Shown: one piece after another, positions 51,711 to 64,000 of the stretch
How the letters are laid out: the number at the start of each line of letters is the position of its first letter
Numbering within the stretch: position 1 is the stretch's first letter
NCBI RefSeq assembly: GCF_028641065.1
Contig: NC_073392.1
Span: 14,198,001 to 14,262,000 of the forward strand
DNA: 64,000 nucleotides
Direction: 5' to 3'
Source of the DNA: Leucoraja erinacea
Taxonomy: Eukaryota
Position numbers and translations under genes: made by a program
Notes under the pieces: generated by a model
Database searches by the model: none
What the model was told of the DNA's origin: nothing
What the model saw: only the letters and a program-made list of their open reading frames with translations

Positions 51711-54700
51711 TAAAGAAGTAAAAGATAATTCCTTTTACTAAATATCACATCCAAGTAAAATTTGAATAAATTAGCATATTTTTTACAATTATAATCAGAA
51801 TACAAAATGCCCCAATTATGTTGACAGTTGCAGTTCCTCTCCAGGGTTCCATTTCTGAGAAATGTTAATAACCTGAACAGTATCCAAGTCAGAAATGAAC
51901 AGAAACAGTAATGCAGTGTGTGGAAGAGGATCACAGCAACAGGTCCCAACCCGAATTGTCACCAATGTATATCTTCCAGAGATGCTACCTGACCCGCTGA
52001 CCCACAAATCAGCACTTTGTGTTCCACACAAGATTTCAGCATCAGCAGCCCCTTGCGTTCACAGAAATAGCTGCGACCAGACACCGAGCAAGTGTGGAAA
52101 GAGTGGCCGTCAACCATCTCCATTAACTTGGTGGTTGAGGAAGAGAGACTGCTCAGTGCCTCCAGTACTGCTCAGCTCAACCCAGCCACCGATGGTTGTG
52201 GCTTAGGATTTGGGGTGGGGGAGGGTCAAAGTGGAGATGGAGATGGAGATGAAGGCCGTGCAAATGCCCTGGTCCCACCTGACGCAAATAGCTTGGAATC
52301 CCGCAGTAGCCAACAAGTGCACCCCATTCCATCCATCCTGCCGGTGTTTAAACATTTATTCATATATTTTGGCTGTTCATAAGACAGGCGTTTGTAACCT
52401 GGTGGATAAGCTGTACAGTCAAAAGAAGAATTACTCTGGTCTTTATCCTCAGCTCAGCCAATTCCATCCAGAAGCAGCAAAAATATATATATTTTAAATT
52501 AAATTAAAGCACGATGATTCAACACAGACATTTGAGAATCTGAGTCTTTGGTTCCTTTCTAGTGTAATATTATCAAGGATAATCAATATAGCAAAATTCT
52601 GATGTTTTGTAAATGATACCATGCACAGCAGTGCTAAACATTAGGCTTGTATCTCTTTTTTTTTAAACAGGGATACAACTAAATGTATCTGGAATCGGCT
52701 AAAGTTATTTGTTGCACCAGCCTCAATGATCCACAACAAAATCTTATCCATGAAAGATACCATTGTCTATACTTTATCTGTTATCTTTGGGTACCCTTAA
52801 CCCACAACTCATTAAATTCTGTGCTCCACTAATCAATTCCATGCTGTGAACTCAGAGATCCAAATCGCCTGAGGCGTGATCAAATTTCAACCTTCTAACT
52901 GTGTTTCCTGTGGTATAAAAGATATCCTATCTCCTCTGTGTCTTATTAACCCAGGCATCACCCCTTCCCCTTTCAATAGTTACAAAATAAAGATTCATTT
53001 CGCGTCTTCTTTTCCGTATAAACTATTTTGCTCTTTCAACTGGTTGGAAGTCCAATGTCCCTCGGAGTCATGACACAGCTGAAATTGTCCCTTTGTGTGT
53101 GTCGGATAGTGGAAGTGTGCGGGGGTCACTGGTCGCCGTGGACTCAGTGGGTCAAAGGGCCTGTTTCTGCGCTGTATCTCTAAACTAACTGAAAAACATT
53201 GTCCCAATACCTGTAATATTTTACACTTTTTTTTAAATTTTATGAACAATTTCATTCTTCTTAAATGTTTATTTTACTTCTCTTTCAGTTGCTTCAATTT
53301 TCTTCATTGTTCAGTTTGTCGGAAGGTAAAACATTCAATTTTCAATGGCAAGCATGCTCGTTGTCGACTTTATAATGTCACATGCACAGGTACAGTGAGT
53401 TACAGGAAAAATGAAAATCTCGCTTGCAGCAGCATCACAGGCACACACACGCAGACAAACACACAAAGACGTTAAATTGCATATAACATTTCGAAAAGAC
53501 AGTAATAAAAATGACATGAGTGCAAAACACAACGTTACAGATGTGACGATGTTTTCAACCAAACACATTTAATTTTATTTTTAAAGCAGGCAGATTAAAG
53601 CAGGAAGCTGAGACCCCTCAGTATAATAGACTTTTTATTTTTTAGCATGCAAAGGCTTGAATCCTTGTCCTTAAGCTCGCAGCCTGAACCTCCTCATGAG
53701 ACACACACCAGTCTGTGGGCCAAGTGAAGCGGGAACATTTATTTTTGTCTCCCCCTTTCAGCAGAAGCCTTTCAACATGCAGAGCACCACACTGACCAAC
53801 AACCCCTACTCTGTGGCATTTGCTCTGATCCAATACAGTATCCAAGAGTGGTTGTGGAGCCTCAGTACTCTTCAATGAAAATTTGATTAAAACATTTCTA
53901 GAAATTGAAAGGTTGTACTGAAAAAACGGCTAAGATCTTTATGAATGACCAAGAAAATTCTAAGTGCAACATGACCTTGTCTCACTCACGCCCTTACACT
54001 CAATAGGAAAATGACTGGTCATGCCCAATCCAACAAACCATTCAACAATGGCGAACTTACTTTCTGACTGCTCACTCATCAGTGATTCAGCCCGTCGACC
54101 CAACTACTACTAAGTACAGAAACTCCATCCCTAAAGCACTGGGAAAATACCTTTACCAGAAGGGCTGCAGTGGTTTAAGTTCAGCCACTTGAACTTGAGC
54201 TGGAGCAAGTCAGCAGCTCGCCATCACCTTCTCAAGGGCAATTAGGGACAGGCAAAAACTCTGCCTTTGTCACCAATACACAGAACTTGAAAAAAAATAA
54301 TGAATTAATGGATTTATAAATAATGAATCCATTAATAATAAATAAATAAATAAACTGAATATTCCTGAAGCTAATTTCTGTGGAATCAAAGAAACCCTAA
54401 CATCCTGATTTGTTTGCCAGACGTTTTCCACATGCTGACGTTCTCTTCCACCCCCAATCTCCAATCTTTTCTTGCCTGATAAAACATTCAGAGCTAACGT
54501 GCCTGTGTATTGTAAACTACAGTATGTATCTCCAGCTGCAACCATTTTTACAACATTGTTTAAACAATCGTTATATGCAATTTATTTTGTACAATGTTTT
54601 AACTCCCTAGTATTTACTTTATCTATCCCTTATAACTTATCTTTTCCTTATTACCCCTCCCTTATTATATATTATGTCCTGTGTTGACCTTAAAATTAAA

Positions 54701-57002
54701 ACAATGACCTTGCCTTCCCAAACACTATCTTATTTCTGATTAGCTCACCTCGTTACTTAAAATAAATGTTTTTCCCTTTAAGGAGTGTCCACACCATCCA
54801 GTTAACAAGAAATTGGCATAAGTACTTCACAAAAACACCTTGGAGCTTATAGATTGACTCGACTGTAATGCCCCGTCTATGTCTGAAAGATGACAATCTC
54901 CCACAGTCACAACCAAATCCTGAACACTAATCCTCATGACCTTACATTCCAATATGCCTCCTTTACCTTTATTAATACATTATTGACATAGCATTTACCT
55001 TGCATGAGAAACATTACTGTACTCTGCAAAACTAATCTGATCAACCATCATACCCTTGATGGTTGCTGAGAATCACCTACCGGAGTGTGTTACTTATTTA
55101 ATATGTAAATTCTTCAGTTTAATTTCCGTGATTCATTTTTGTTTTCACTATGGAGAGCGTTTTTTTTCTCGTGGCCTTGGTGATTAGATCAGTATCAACA
55201 TTCTGCACTCTAAAATCATGTGGAGATGCAGAAGCTTCCTCTAGCCTTAAGACAAATTCTAGTCTAAATCTACTGTAGGATACATTTGTTCATTTATTTG
55301 AAAATAATTTACTGTTGTAGTCATTCATATGTCACTGATTCCTATAATATCAACCTAAAATGAGCCATGGATGATGATGAAAAAAATCTAATGATGCATT
55401 TTAGCCATATCCACCAAGATGACCAGGCATCAACAATTAGGTTGATGCCATAAGAACACATGCATAATGTAACATTGACACATGTCAGATGTTCAGAAGA
55501 CCCACTGGCAATTAAATATCGTTGCCTTAGAAACAATTGCATCCTTGCACACTAAATAAGATTTGGCAGCTTTTCGTCATTAATTACATTTCATTGCCTT
55601 ACAAAGAGATCCAGACTCTTGTCTCTTTAATTAAAAGAGAGAAAAACATTGAATCTATGACTCCTTGGTAATGAGCATGACCGGATTTTTGTGCAACAGG
55701 GATGAACCCATGCATTAAACAAAATGACCTATTTGCTCTCTAAAGGCACCATGCAGTGTGCAATCACTCGAATAGTCTTTTTTTATTATTAATCCAAATA
55801 GATTCTGTTTCACTTCATACCCGTCCTGAACATATTCCATGGAAGCTTTGATTCCGTCATATTTTTCCCCCCTTAGTGATTAAATACGGAGTGGAAATAT
55901 TAGTAACACCTTATTATTATATGCATTTCTAAACTGGTCCCTTGTAAATATGCAGTCACCATGTTCCAGGATTCATGAATTCATAAAAGCCATTTACCCC
56001 CACACATAAATACATTTTCAATAAATCAAATGGGATCAAGGAAAGAGCGTTCACGTCGCAGCCCTGTTTCCACTAATCTTTCCACCACCGCGCACAAGAA
56101 GTGCAAGTGCAGATGCTGAGAGGTGTGTTCAGCTCTGGCTGAACAACTAATACTGTGTGTGGACTCAATAAGAAGAATAAATCAAATCAAAATGTAGTTT
56201 TATTGTACATAGAAAAATCTTGAAGTTCAAATGATGATTGCTTAAAAGGAATAATAAAACCATTCTACCTCAGAATGTAGCTCCTTCTCTTTCCAGCTAA
56301 ACTCTGCCCCATTTGATCTTTAGCTGAGATTGCTTTAAGTGTATTTAGTCATAGAGTCAAATAGCAACGAAACAGGCCCTTCAGCCCATCTTATCCATGG
56401 CAAGCATGATTACCCATCTACACTCGACCCACCTGCCTATGTTTGGCCCATATTTTTATAGTCTTCATAGCTTATCGCATGCTGAATGTCAGGGAGCAGT
56501 CCTGCTTGCCATTTCTTTGCCTCCATGCTGCATTTTCTCATTGTTCTGGCCAACCCTCTCACCTCCAATCTTCACTATTCAAAATTCCAATGCTGACCTG
56601 TATTCATGCACGTTACTGGCTTCTGCTCTGAGGCAACTTCTAAATCTTCTTTTTGGCTTGCAAGGTATAGATGGCATGATCTCATTGCACAATGTATTGG
56701 CCAAGGGTCTTTCGCCACACTTTCATACCACAATCAGAAGAATATGATGGTTAATCAAGGTAATTGTTTTAATTCAAGGTTCAAATTTGCGTTTAAGCAT
56801 TGAGTGGCCAGCCTCAAACTGTTATGCTGTCTGTACGATTTTACTGTAAAAACAGTAACTTTGTATGTACTTTGCAATATCTTGACGTTATGATAGGTAC
56901 AATACAAATGTGTGGTTCTGCTTCTGTTGTCTTTGCAACCTTGAGTCTAAATCTAAGTTTAAGGCTTTTAATTGATCTATTTCTATTTAGGCTTTACACT
57001 TA

Positions 57003-57293
57003 ACTTTAGACTTTACAGATACATTGTGGAAACAGGCCCTTTGGCCCACCAAGTCCATGCCAGACAGCGATCACCCATACACTATCACTATCCTACACAC
57101 TTGGGACAATTCACAAATTTACCAAAGCAAATTAACCTACAAACGTGTACGGCGATGGAGTGTGTGAGGAAACCCGAGCACCTGGAGCACCTAGAAACGT
57201 ACAAACTCAGTACAGACAGCACCCGTAGTCAGTCAAACCCAGGTCTCTGGTACTGTAACGCAGCAACTCAACCAATGCTTCACCGTGCTGCCC
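57003..57293 (-). mobile_element. HE1-type SINE
   Basis: gtggaaacaggccctttggcccacc...gtacagacagcacccgtagtcag. Confidence 0.85.
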
Positions 57294-58154
57294 CATATTT
57301 CCCATGCATACCTCCTTTCACTCTATCATTGGTGGCAATAACATTTGTTCATCCCACTGATGGTGTTTGAAGCTCCCCTCGTGAACCTCATCAACACGTT
57401 ACTGCACTCTTGCCTTCACAAATTTATCTTTTTAAACAGAGTTTGTGATTATAACACCAAACATTTCTCCTACCATCTGGCAACCATTTGTCTTGTATGA
57501 ATAACCTTCAATATTTGCAGCATTATATAAATTAGCTTTTTCGTTGTTTCAGTCATTCTTTATAGCAAATTACCCATAATTATTTTACACAGGATTTCAC
57601 ATTCATTGCAGCCTGGTTAAAATATAAGCAACGGTTGAACCGATATTACAACAAAAGACTGGAATTTAAATGAAGAGGATCGCTCAAGCTTTTATTGAAG
57701 GCTGGGTTTTGACAGTCCCAGATGGATTGCTCAGGAGAAATTAATACTCCTAGCTATGTGATGATGCTCCCTTGCAAATTTCTAGCACATTTCATAGCAG
57801 CTTGATGAAAACACTGTTTGATAGTAGCTCTTCAGCTGTCCCTGACTTAGAAGATCTCACTTTATTATAATAATGGCAAATTGGAATGGCAGTAATTATC
57901 TTGACAAATCACAAGAGGAGGACATTCAAAATAAATGGATTGAGATAGGCTGCAAGCAAACACATCCGATGTCTCAATTCAATTTTACCAATAGTTTCCG
58001 CTTTACATTATCTATGTGTCTGTCATGCCACCTTATTTACCAAACAATTGAATGTGTGCTGGGTAGAAAGAATGGTTAATATAAAAACTAAGATTAATTT
58101 TTTGTGTCAGCTTTGTTCACTATTTTGTCATATAGTATCGTCAATATCATACAA

Positions 58155-59582
58155 TATTCAACTTCTGTCGTGACAGACATTGAATAATTTTCATCTCCAG
58201 ATCTTTTTGCCTAAAGACATTTTAAACAGATGCTGCATAACTCCACTGGTGTCGACTTGTGCTGTTTTGGTGCCGACGTAGTGGGAAAAGACACGACTGA
58301 AGAACAGGATATTTGTGCACTCTCTCTCACTCCTGCCAGTGTGTAATGCCTGTACCTTTATCAACCACACATCAAATATAACAAAGGCATCGAAGGTGCA
58401 CTGTATGGCATTTCAACTCTTCTCAACTTTAACCTACAGTTCGCCAAGGACAATTGACCCATTTGGAACAGTTTGCACATTGTAGCTTTTCATTAGATGT
58501 TGGATGAAAAATTTTAATTTGCCATTGCTAACCTTTCCCTTGATTGAGATCAACCAGCCCAAAGGACCAACATGAACATTTAAAAATCTACTCATAGTTC
58601 ACAGAACAGCTCAAAAGAAGTTTTCCAGCAGCGATAGACATATTTTAGAGGTTCTTTTGTTCTTAAAAAGTCAATCTAGTTTTATAACAAATGATTCTAT
58701 GGAACATACCATTGGTGACATATTTTGGACAATGGACTGTTATAAATTGGTATGACTAATTACTTAGCATTGAATGTTACTAGGATGCATTTTAAAAACA
58801 AAGCAGCTTACTCAAGTCATTAAGATTCAAACCAGGAAGCACTTCTGAATTTTATTATTGAAAATCAATAATGGTTAAAAGAAAGATCACAGTAGAGAAC
58901 ATTTTGACTCCATTAATTTCAAGATTTTTATTGTTACCAGAATGTAGATGAAGTAAAAGACAAGATTTTACCGCAAACAACTTTGAAAGCATAAGTGTTA
59001 TTTGAGATAAATGGATGTCAGAGTACCTGTCTGACCCTCTCCCAACATCATTAACAGGCAAACACACACACACACGTATTATTTATCTCAGATTAAATTC
59101 AAGAAGTGTTGGCTTTTTAATCTTCAGTTTACCATCATTAAGACACATCGACACAAATTAGATAGACAATAAAAAATCTCTGCAAGCGACCTATGATTTT
59201 AAAACTGTATTCATACCGTGGAAATTGAAACATGCGGTGCTATTTTTCAAGGCACTATATGTAAAATAATGTGGAACATGAGTACTGTGATTTCTTGGTC
59301 ACTATTCAACTTTAGCAGCGACAAGCACTGAATAATTTCCATCTCCAGATCTTATTGCCTCAAGACATTTAAAACAGACGCTGCATTATTCCATTGCAAG
59401 AGAGCCTTTCCCTCTTTGGTGCTGACATAGTGGGAGATGGCAGGACTGAAGGACAGCATATTTTGATGCTTCCTCACTCAAACCAGCATGTAATGCCTGA
59501 AGCACAAATCAAATATCAGAAATATTAGAAAGGTTCCCACGGTAAGGGAGATCAATTTTTCTCACCTTCAAACTTGTAGCTC
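58155..59582. repeat. Diverged direct repeat of ~285 bp (copy 1 ~58155-58442, copy 2 ~59303-59582)
   Basis: tgaataattttcatctccagatctttttgcctaaagacattttaaacagatgctgcat versus tgaataatttccatctccagatcttattgcctcaagacatttaaaacagacgctgcat. Collinear blocks continue (tagtggga, gactgaag, tgtaatgcctg, atcaaatat). Confidence 0.85.
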
Positions 59583-61026
59583 AGTAAAAAAAAAGAATTT
59601 GAAGGAGACAGAGACATTCCAAGATACAAAAAGGCATCAAGACGTACAGGAAGAGAGCAGATAATGAGAAAGAGGGTTATTGTCCTGAATGGCAAGCCAG
59701 ACGTGAAGGGCCAAATAACTTACTCCTGCCACTGTTTTTCTATATTTACAAAGCATTATTCTCAAAATTGAACAGAGCACTTTTAGTCAAAAGATACACC
59801 TGCACTGATAATTAGTTTTAAAACATTGGATGCACTCCCGAAGATGCTGTTTCAACTCCAAGGCTCCTTTCCAGCATCAATGAGGTCATCAGTCCTTGTG
59901 AACCTATTGCTCAGTACACACAGTCCATCTACAGTTTCCCACTTGGCTGTGCAACAAAGCAATTTTAAATGGGTTCCATGACCACAGACAAACCTAACAG
60001 AACTCAAGCATAACTCGAGTAGGTCTCCTTTGGTTTATTTACTTAGCTGTTGTCCCACAATTCTCAATAGTACCTTCCAGCTGATCTATGTGATCTATGC
60101 CTTCCCTTCCTCTCAAGATAATTATCCTTCAATATCTGTTCTCATGCAACAGCCAACACCACACCTTGTCTGATGACATGACTCCTCTCCAGGGTTTCAA
60201 TCCAATCCAGCCCACGATATTCTAACGTATTCCCACAAATCCCAATCAAATAGCTCAACTGCGTGACCTCTACTCCTCTTTTTTTGGTGATCACCCATAC
60301 TAGGACCCACAATTTATTCCTTGGAGCACAGGAAGATGAGGTGTGATCTTGATGACGTTTTAAAGATTTAAACTTTACAAAAATGGATTCAGCTGAAACT
60401 AATACAGGCTGTTACCTTGTCCTATTAATTGCAAAACCAGCAGGAAGCTCTAACCCTTGCTCTTTTTACACTAACAAGATGTTTATGTGCCTTTTTCCCC
60501 ATAACGAGAGAGATAACGAGCACAACTTATTGAGTGTCTCCTCTATAATATAAACATTTAGAGGATGTTCAGACTCTCGGCTCTTACCCTATAAGATTAT
60601 AATGTGTATCATTAGTAAAAAAAAATGCTTGTTCTGCAGAAAAATAACTTTCTCATATTACCATCTCTGGCTAACCCTTCCTCTCTTGAAAGAACCTGTC
60701 AATCGTAAGAAGCAAGAGGCTGTACTATGCTCTGTAGATAAGGTATTGCTGAATCGCTGATTATTGTAGTATAAATACATGTACTTAATCACTGCCCCTT
60801 TGTGTGGGGATTAGAACTCTGTAATCCACATACTGTAAGAGTCTTACCACGTTGGTCCGCGTGGGCAAGTTGGGGGACATTTTATATCCCCCATCATGTA
60901 CAATGCCACATCCGTAGCACCAACACTTTGAGCATTGGGTACTCCTCGAGTGTCCACCAGCAAAATAATGACATACAAGGCACAGATCTGCCACATCAAT
61001 GGCACCTTGCCACACATTTCATTTAT

Positions 61027-61555
61027 GGACACAAAATGCTGGAGTAACTCAGCGGGATAGGCAGCATCCCTGGAGAGAAGGAATGGGTGATGTTTTGGGT
61101 CGAGACCTAGTTTAGTTTAGTTTAATTTAGCTTAGAGATACACTGTGGAATCAGGCCCTTTTGGCCCACCAGTTCCACACCGACCAGTGATCCCCGCAAA
61201 TTAACACTATCCTATACCCACTAGGGACAATTTTTACAATTACCAAGCCAATTAACCTACATACCTGTACGTCTTTGTAGTGTGGGAGGAAACCGAAGAT
61301 CTTGGAGAAAACCCACACAGGTACAAATTCCGTACAGACAGCACCCGTAGTCAGGATCGAACCCAGGTCTCCGGCGCTGCATTCGTTGTAAGGCAGCAAC
61401 TCTAGTGCTGCACCACCGTCTTAGTCTGAAGAAAAGTCTCATCCCGAAACATCACCTATTCCTTCTCTCCAGAGATGCTGCTTGCCTGCTGAGTAACTCC
61501 AGCATTTTGTGCCTTTCGTTGGTTTAATACAGCATCTGCAGTTCCTTTATACACA
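61027..61555. mobile_element. Penelope palindrome with an HE1 SINE (minus, ~61108-61419) at its centre
   Basis: Left arm 61027-61107 and inverted right arm 61422-61512 flank a near-complete SINE. Confidence 0.9.
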
Positions 61556-62309
61556 CATCTCATTTATATGGCCATCATAGTTATGTGGTGGATAGGGAGA
61601 ATTTTTCTGTATAAATGTCCTTATCCCTTTCCTCTCCACTCACAGTTCCTAACACACATTGAAGGCCGCACAGAGGTTTGTACATTAGTTCACCTCTGTA
61701 AAAAATCACCCAGTGTGTCGGAAGCGGATGAGAAAGTGGGATAACATAGAACCAGTGAACATAGAACATAGAATGGGTGATAGATGGTCGGCATGGACTC
61801 AGTGGGCCAAGGGGCCTGTTTCAATGGTGCATCTCAAACAAAAAAAGCAGTTACATAAATAGATAAAAAATGGCAACATGATAAAGAATGGCTTCTGAAC
61901 AACAGGCCTCTTGAGGGAGAAGTGGCACCTCCTAGTTTACACTAAATTTCCAGGCCTAGGTCTCTCAGAACAAACACATAGTGCTTTTCTTTTAAAGATT
62001 ATGAAAATTAATATCAGGCTTACCCAGTGAGGAATATTATGATGTAAATCACAGTAGAAGTTCAACCAAGAGTGATTCACCCTTGAATTAATAATGTACT
62101 TTTCACACTCACACGCAGGATGATAACATTCACAAATAAATCCTCTTTTTGTAACATTACTGGAGGACTCAGACCAAGTTGTCCAGAAAGTAGCTATCAC
62201 TGGTTGCACTGGACAATTTCATTTAAAACTGGAGAAACAATGAAATGCAGAATCTGATTAATTACCTAAAATTGGATAATTCAATATACGTACCCTATGG
62301 TTTTAAATT

Positions 62310-62660
62310 ACCTAAGTGGATATGAGGTGATGTTCCTCCCGTTTGCTTGTGGCCTCACGCTGGCAATGGAGGAGGCCCAGGTCAGAAAGGTCACTATAGG
62401 AATGGGAATGGGAATGGGAAAGGGAGTTAAAATGGTTAACAACCAGGAACCCCAGACAGACACTTGCATTCAGTCCACCAAGGTCTGCTGAATCTCCAGG
62501 TTGTCAACTATTTTAACTGCCCTTTCCATTCCCTTACCGACTTATCTGGGCCTGAACCTCCTCCATTGCCAGAGTGAGGCAAACTGGAGGAACAGCACCC
62601 CATATTCCACTTGAGTAGCATGATGATATGAACATTGAATTCTCCAGTTTAGGTAAACCA
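62310..62660. mobile_element. Two inverted Penelope GIY-YIG C-terminal fragments
   Basis: gcctcacgctggcaatggaggaggcccag mirrors cctcctccattgccagagtgaggc; both are related to 12850-13000. Confidence 0.75.
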
Positions 62661-63863
62661 CAGTTCACAGTTTAGGTAAACTACCCCCCCCCCCCCCTCC
62701 AAGTAATTCCAATTGCACACCCATTCCAATGTTCAAGACCCAGCCCTCTAGCTCTTATTAGTCCCAATCCCCTGACATGTCTATCTTATTAATGTTTCAG
62801 AATGCCCTTTTCCTCAGCCTCCTGAAGGCCTCAAATCTCCGATGCCCGTCCCAATCCCGGTTTGCAGCCACTTTTTCAATCTCCATGCAGCAATCTGACC
62901 CTCTCAGCTCCAGAATTAACCATTATCGTCAAACATCCGCTACCACCCTCCCCAGCCGTCTCCTGCTGCCTGCCATGGTCATCAATGTGACTCCAGGACC
63001 CAGTCCTTGGTCAAAGCAGCAGCCTTTTTGTTTCATCAAATCCCAGATCCCAGATTCGGTCTCTAAGACTGAAAATATGCAATGTCTTCAATGGTTCTTT
63101 ATTATCAGGTGTAATTAATTTTTTTTTTGCTTACAGATCAGCAAGATTATTACCAGACACAAGTACAATCCCCGGTTAAGTACTCAATGCATAGAAACAA
63201 CCACCGGGTCCATATGCAACAACGTCAGGTTTTAGCAGCATTTACAAAGTCCCAGTTGCAGTGGTCACAAAGGCTTGTTGCAGCTGTTGCCTCCATCCAA
63301 CCCATCTCGCGAACCACTGTCCTTCTACCCGTCCAGCCACCTTCTGAAATTTGCCAACCCAAAATAAAATGGCTATTCGCCCATTCCTGCAGTAACCATC
63401 CGTTTGGTTGCACTGTGTTGCAGGCCTTATATTAGAAAAAAAACATCTGAAAATGCCAGTTGCACTGATAAATCATCAACCTATTCAAATTTCATTTCCA
63501 TTTGTGATTGCTTGCAAGACTTATGACAAACTAATTTAAAGATTGACCATGAACAGAATTATATTAAATGCATCTTTGGAGCTGTGCTTTATTTACTTCT
63601 CAATGGCAAGTAAATGGCAAAATATTTGAACACAAGCAGTATTGAGCATGTTCACACAAACTATATATTCAATGTCTAATAAATAGCTTTTTAGCTTTAT
63701 GGCTTTAACTGCTAAATGATCTGTGGTTTTGTTCGCATCAACATCGTTCGCAAAAATACGTAGACTGGAAAGTGGGAAGCTTGCGGAATTTATAGCTGGT
63801 GGTAAATGTCAAAACTGTACACTGTGCCAGCAAATGTGAACAAATGAACAATGTTTAGAGATG

Positions 63864-63914
63864 ACTGAGGAACAATTGTGACAATTTCATTGATTGTCAC
63901 AATTGTTCCTCAGT
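63864..63914. repeat. Perfect 22-bp inverted repeat with a 7-nt loop
   Basis: actgaggaacaattgtgacaat-ttcattg-attgtcacaattgttcctcagt. Confidence 0.95.
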
Positions 63915-64000
63915 AACAATTGAGGAAAACTACGTACATGGCAATGTCACTGCTTGAATGTTGCAGTTCACAATTGCTAAATAATTGACATAATTGTGTA

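Noticed and set aside
1-64000. Short ORFs in the six-frame track as independent genes or an operon-like system
   Set aside because: This is eukaryotic intronic DNA. The recognisable ORFs are CR1, Rex1, Penelope or SINE relics, and only 13291-13509 overlaps a real exon in frame.
30036-64000. Promoter, CpG island or first exon of the gene
   Set aside because: No CpG-dense non-repeat region is visible, so the main start site probably lies beyond the right edge.

Overview
This window is AT-rich, repeat-dense vertebrate DNA. The repeat families (HE1-type SINEs, CR1/HER1 LINEs, Rex1, Penelope) point to a cartilaginous fish, probably a skate or ray; this is inference. It holds the 5' coding part of one minus-strand L1-family neural cell-adhesion gene, most likely CHL1. 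Five exons splice in frame with canonical AG/GT ends: signal peptide 29842-30035, Ig1 16246-16351 and 13305-13498, Ig2 5531-5653 and 1935-2105. The gene runs off the left edge, and no promoter or CpG island is visible, so 30036-64000 is probably 5'-UTR intron. Almost all entries in the ORF track are transposon relics or noise. I found no clearly new multi-gene system. The best leads are a candidate 18-nt neural microexon (26599-26616), hammerhead-ribozyme-like cores in Penelope repeats that often sit in palindromes, an inverted young CR1 pair bracketing the ATG exon, a solo LTR, a diverged ~285-bp duplication with conserved splice-like signals, and a perfect 22-bp SOX-motif hairpin. Repeat boundaries are approximate and family names come from motif recognition, not database searches.
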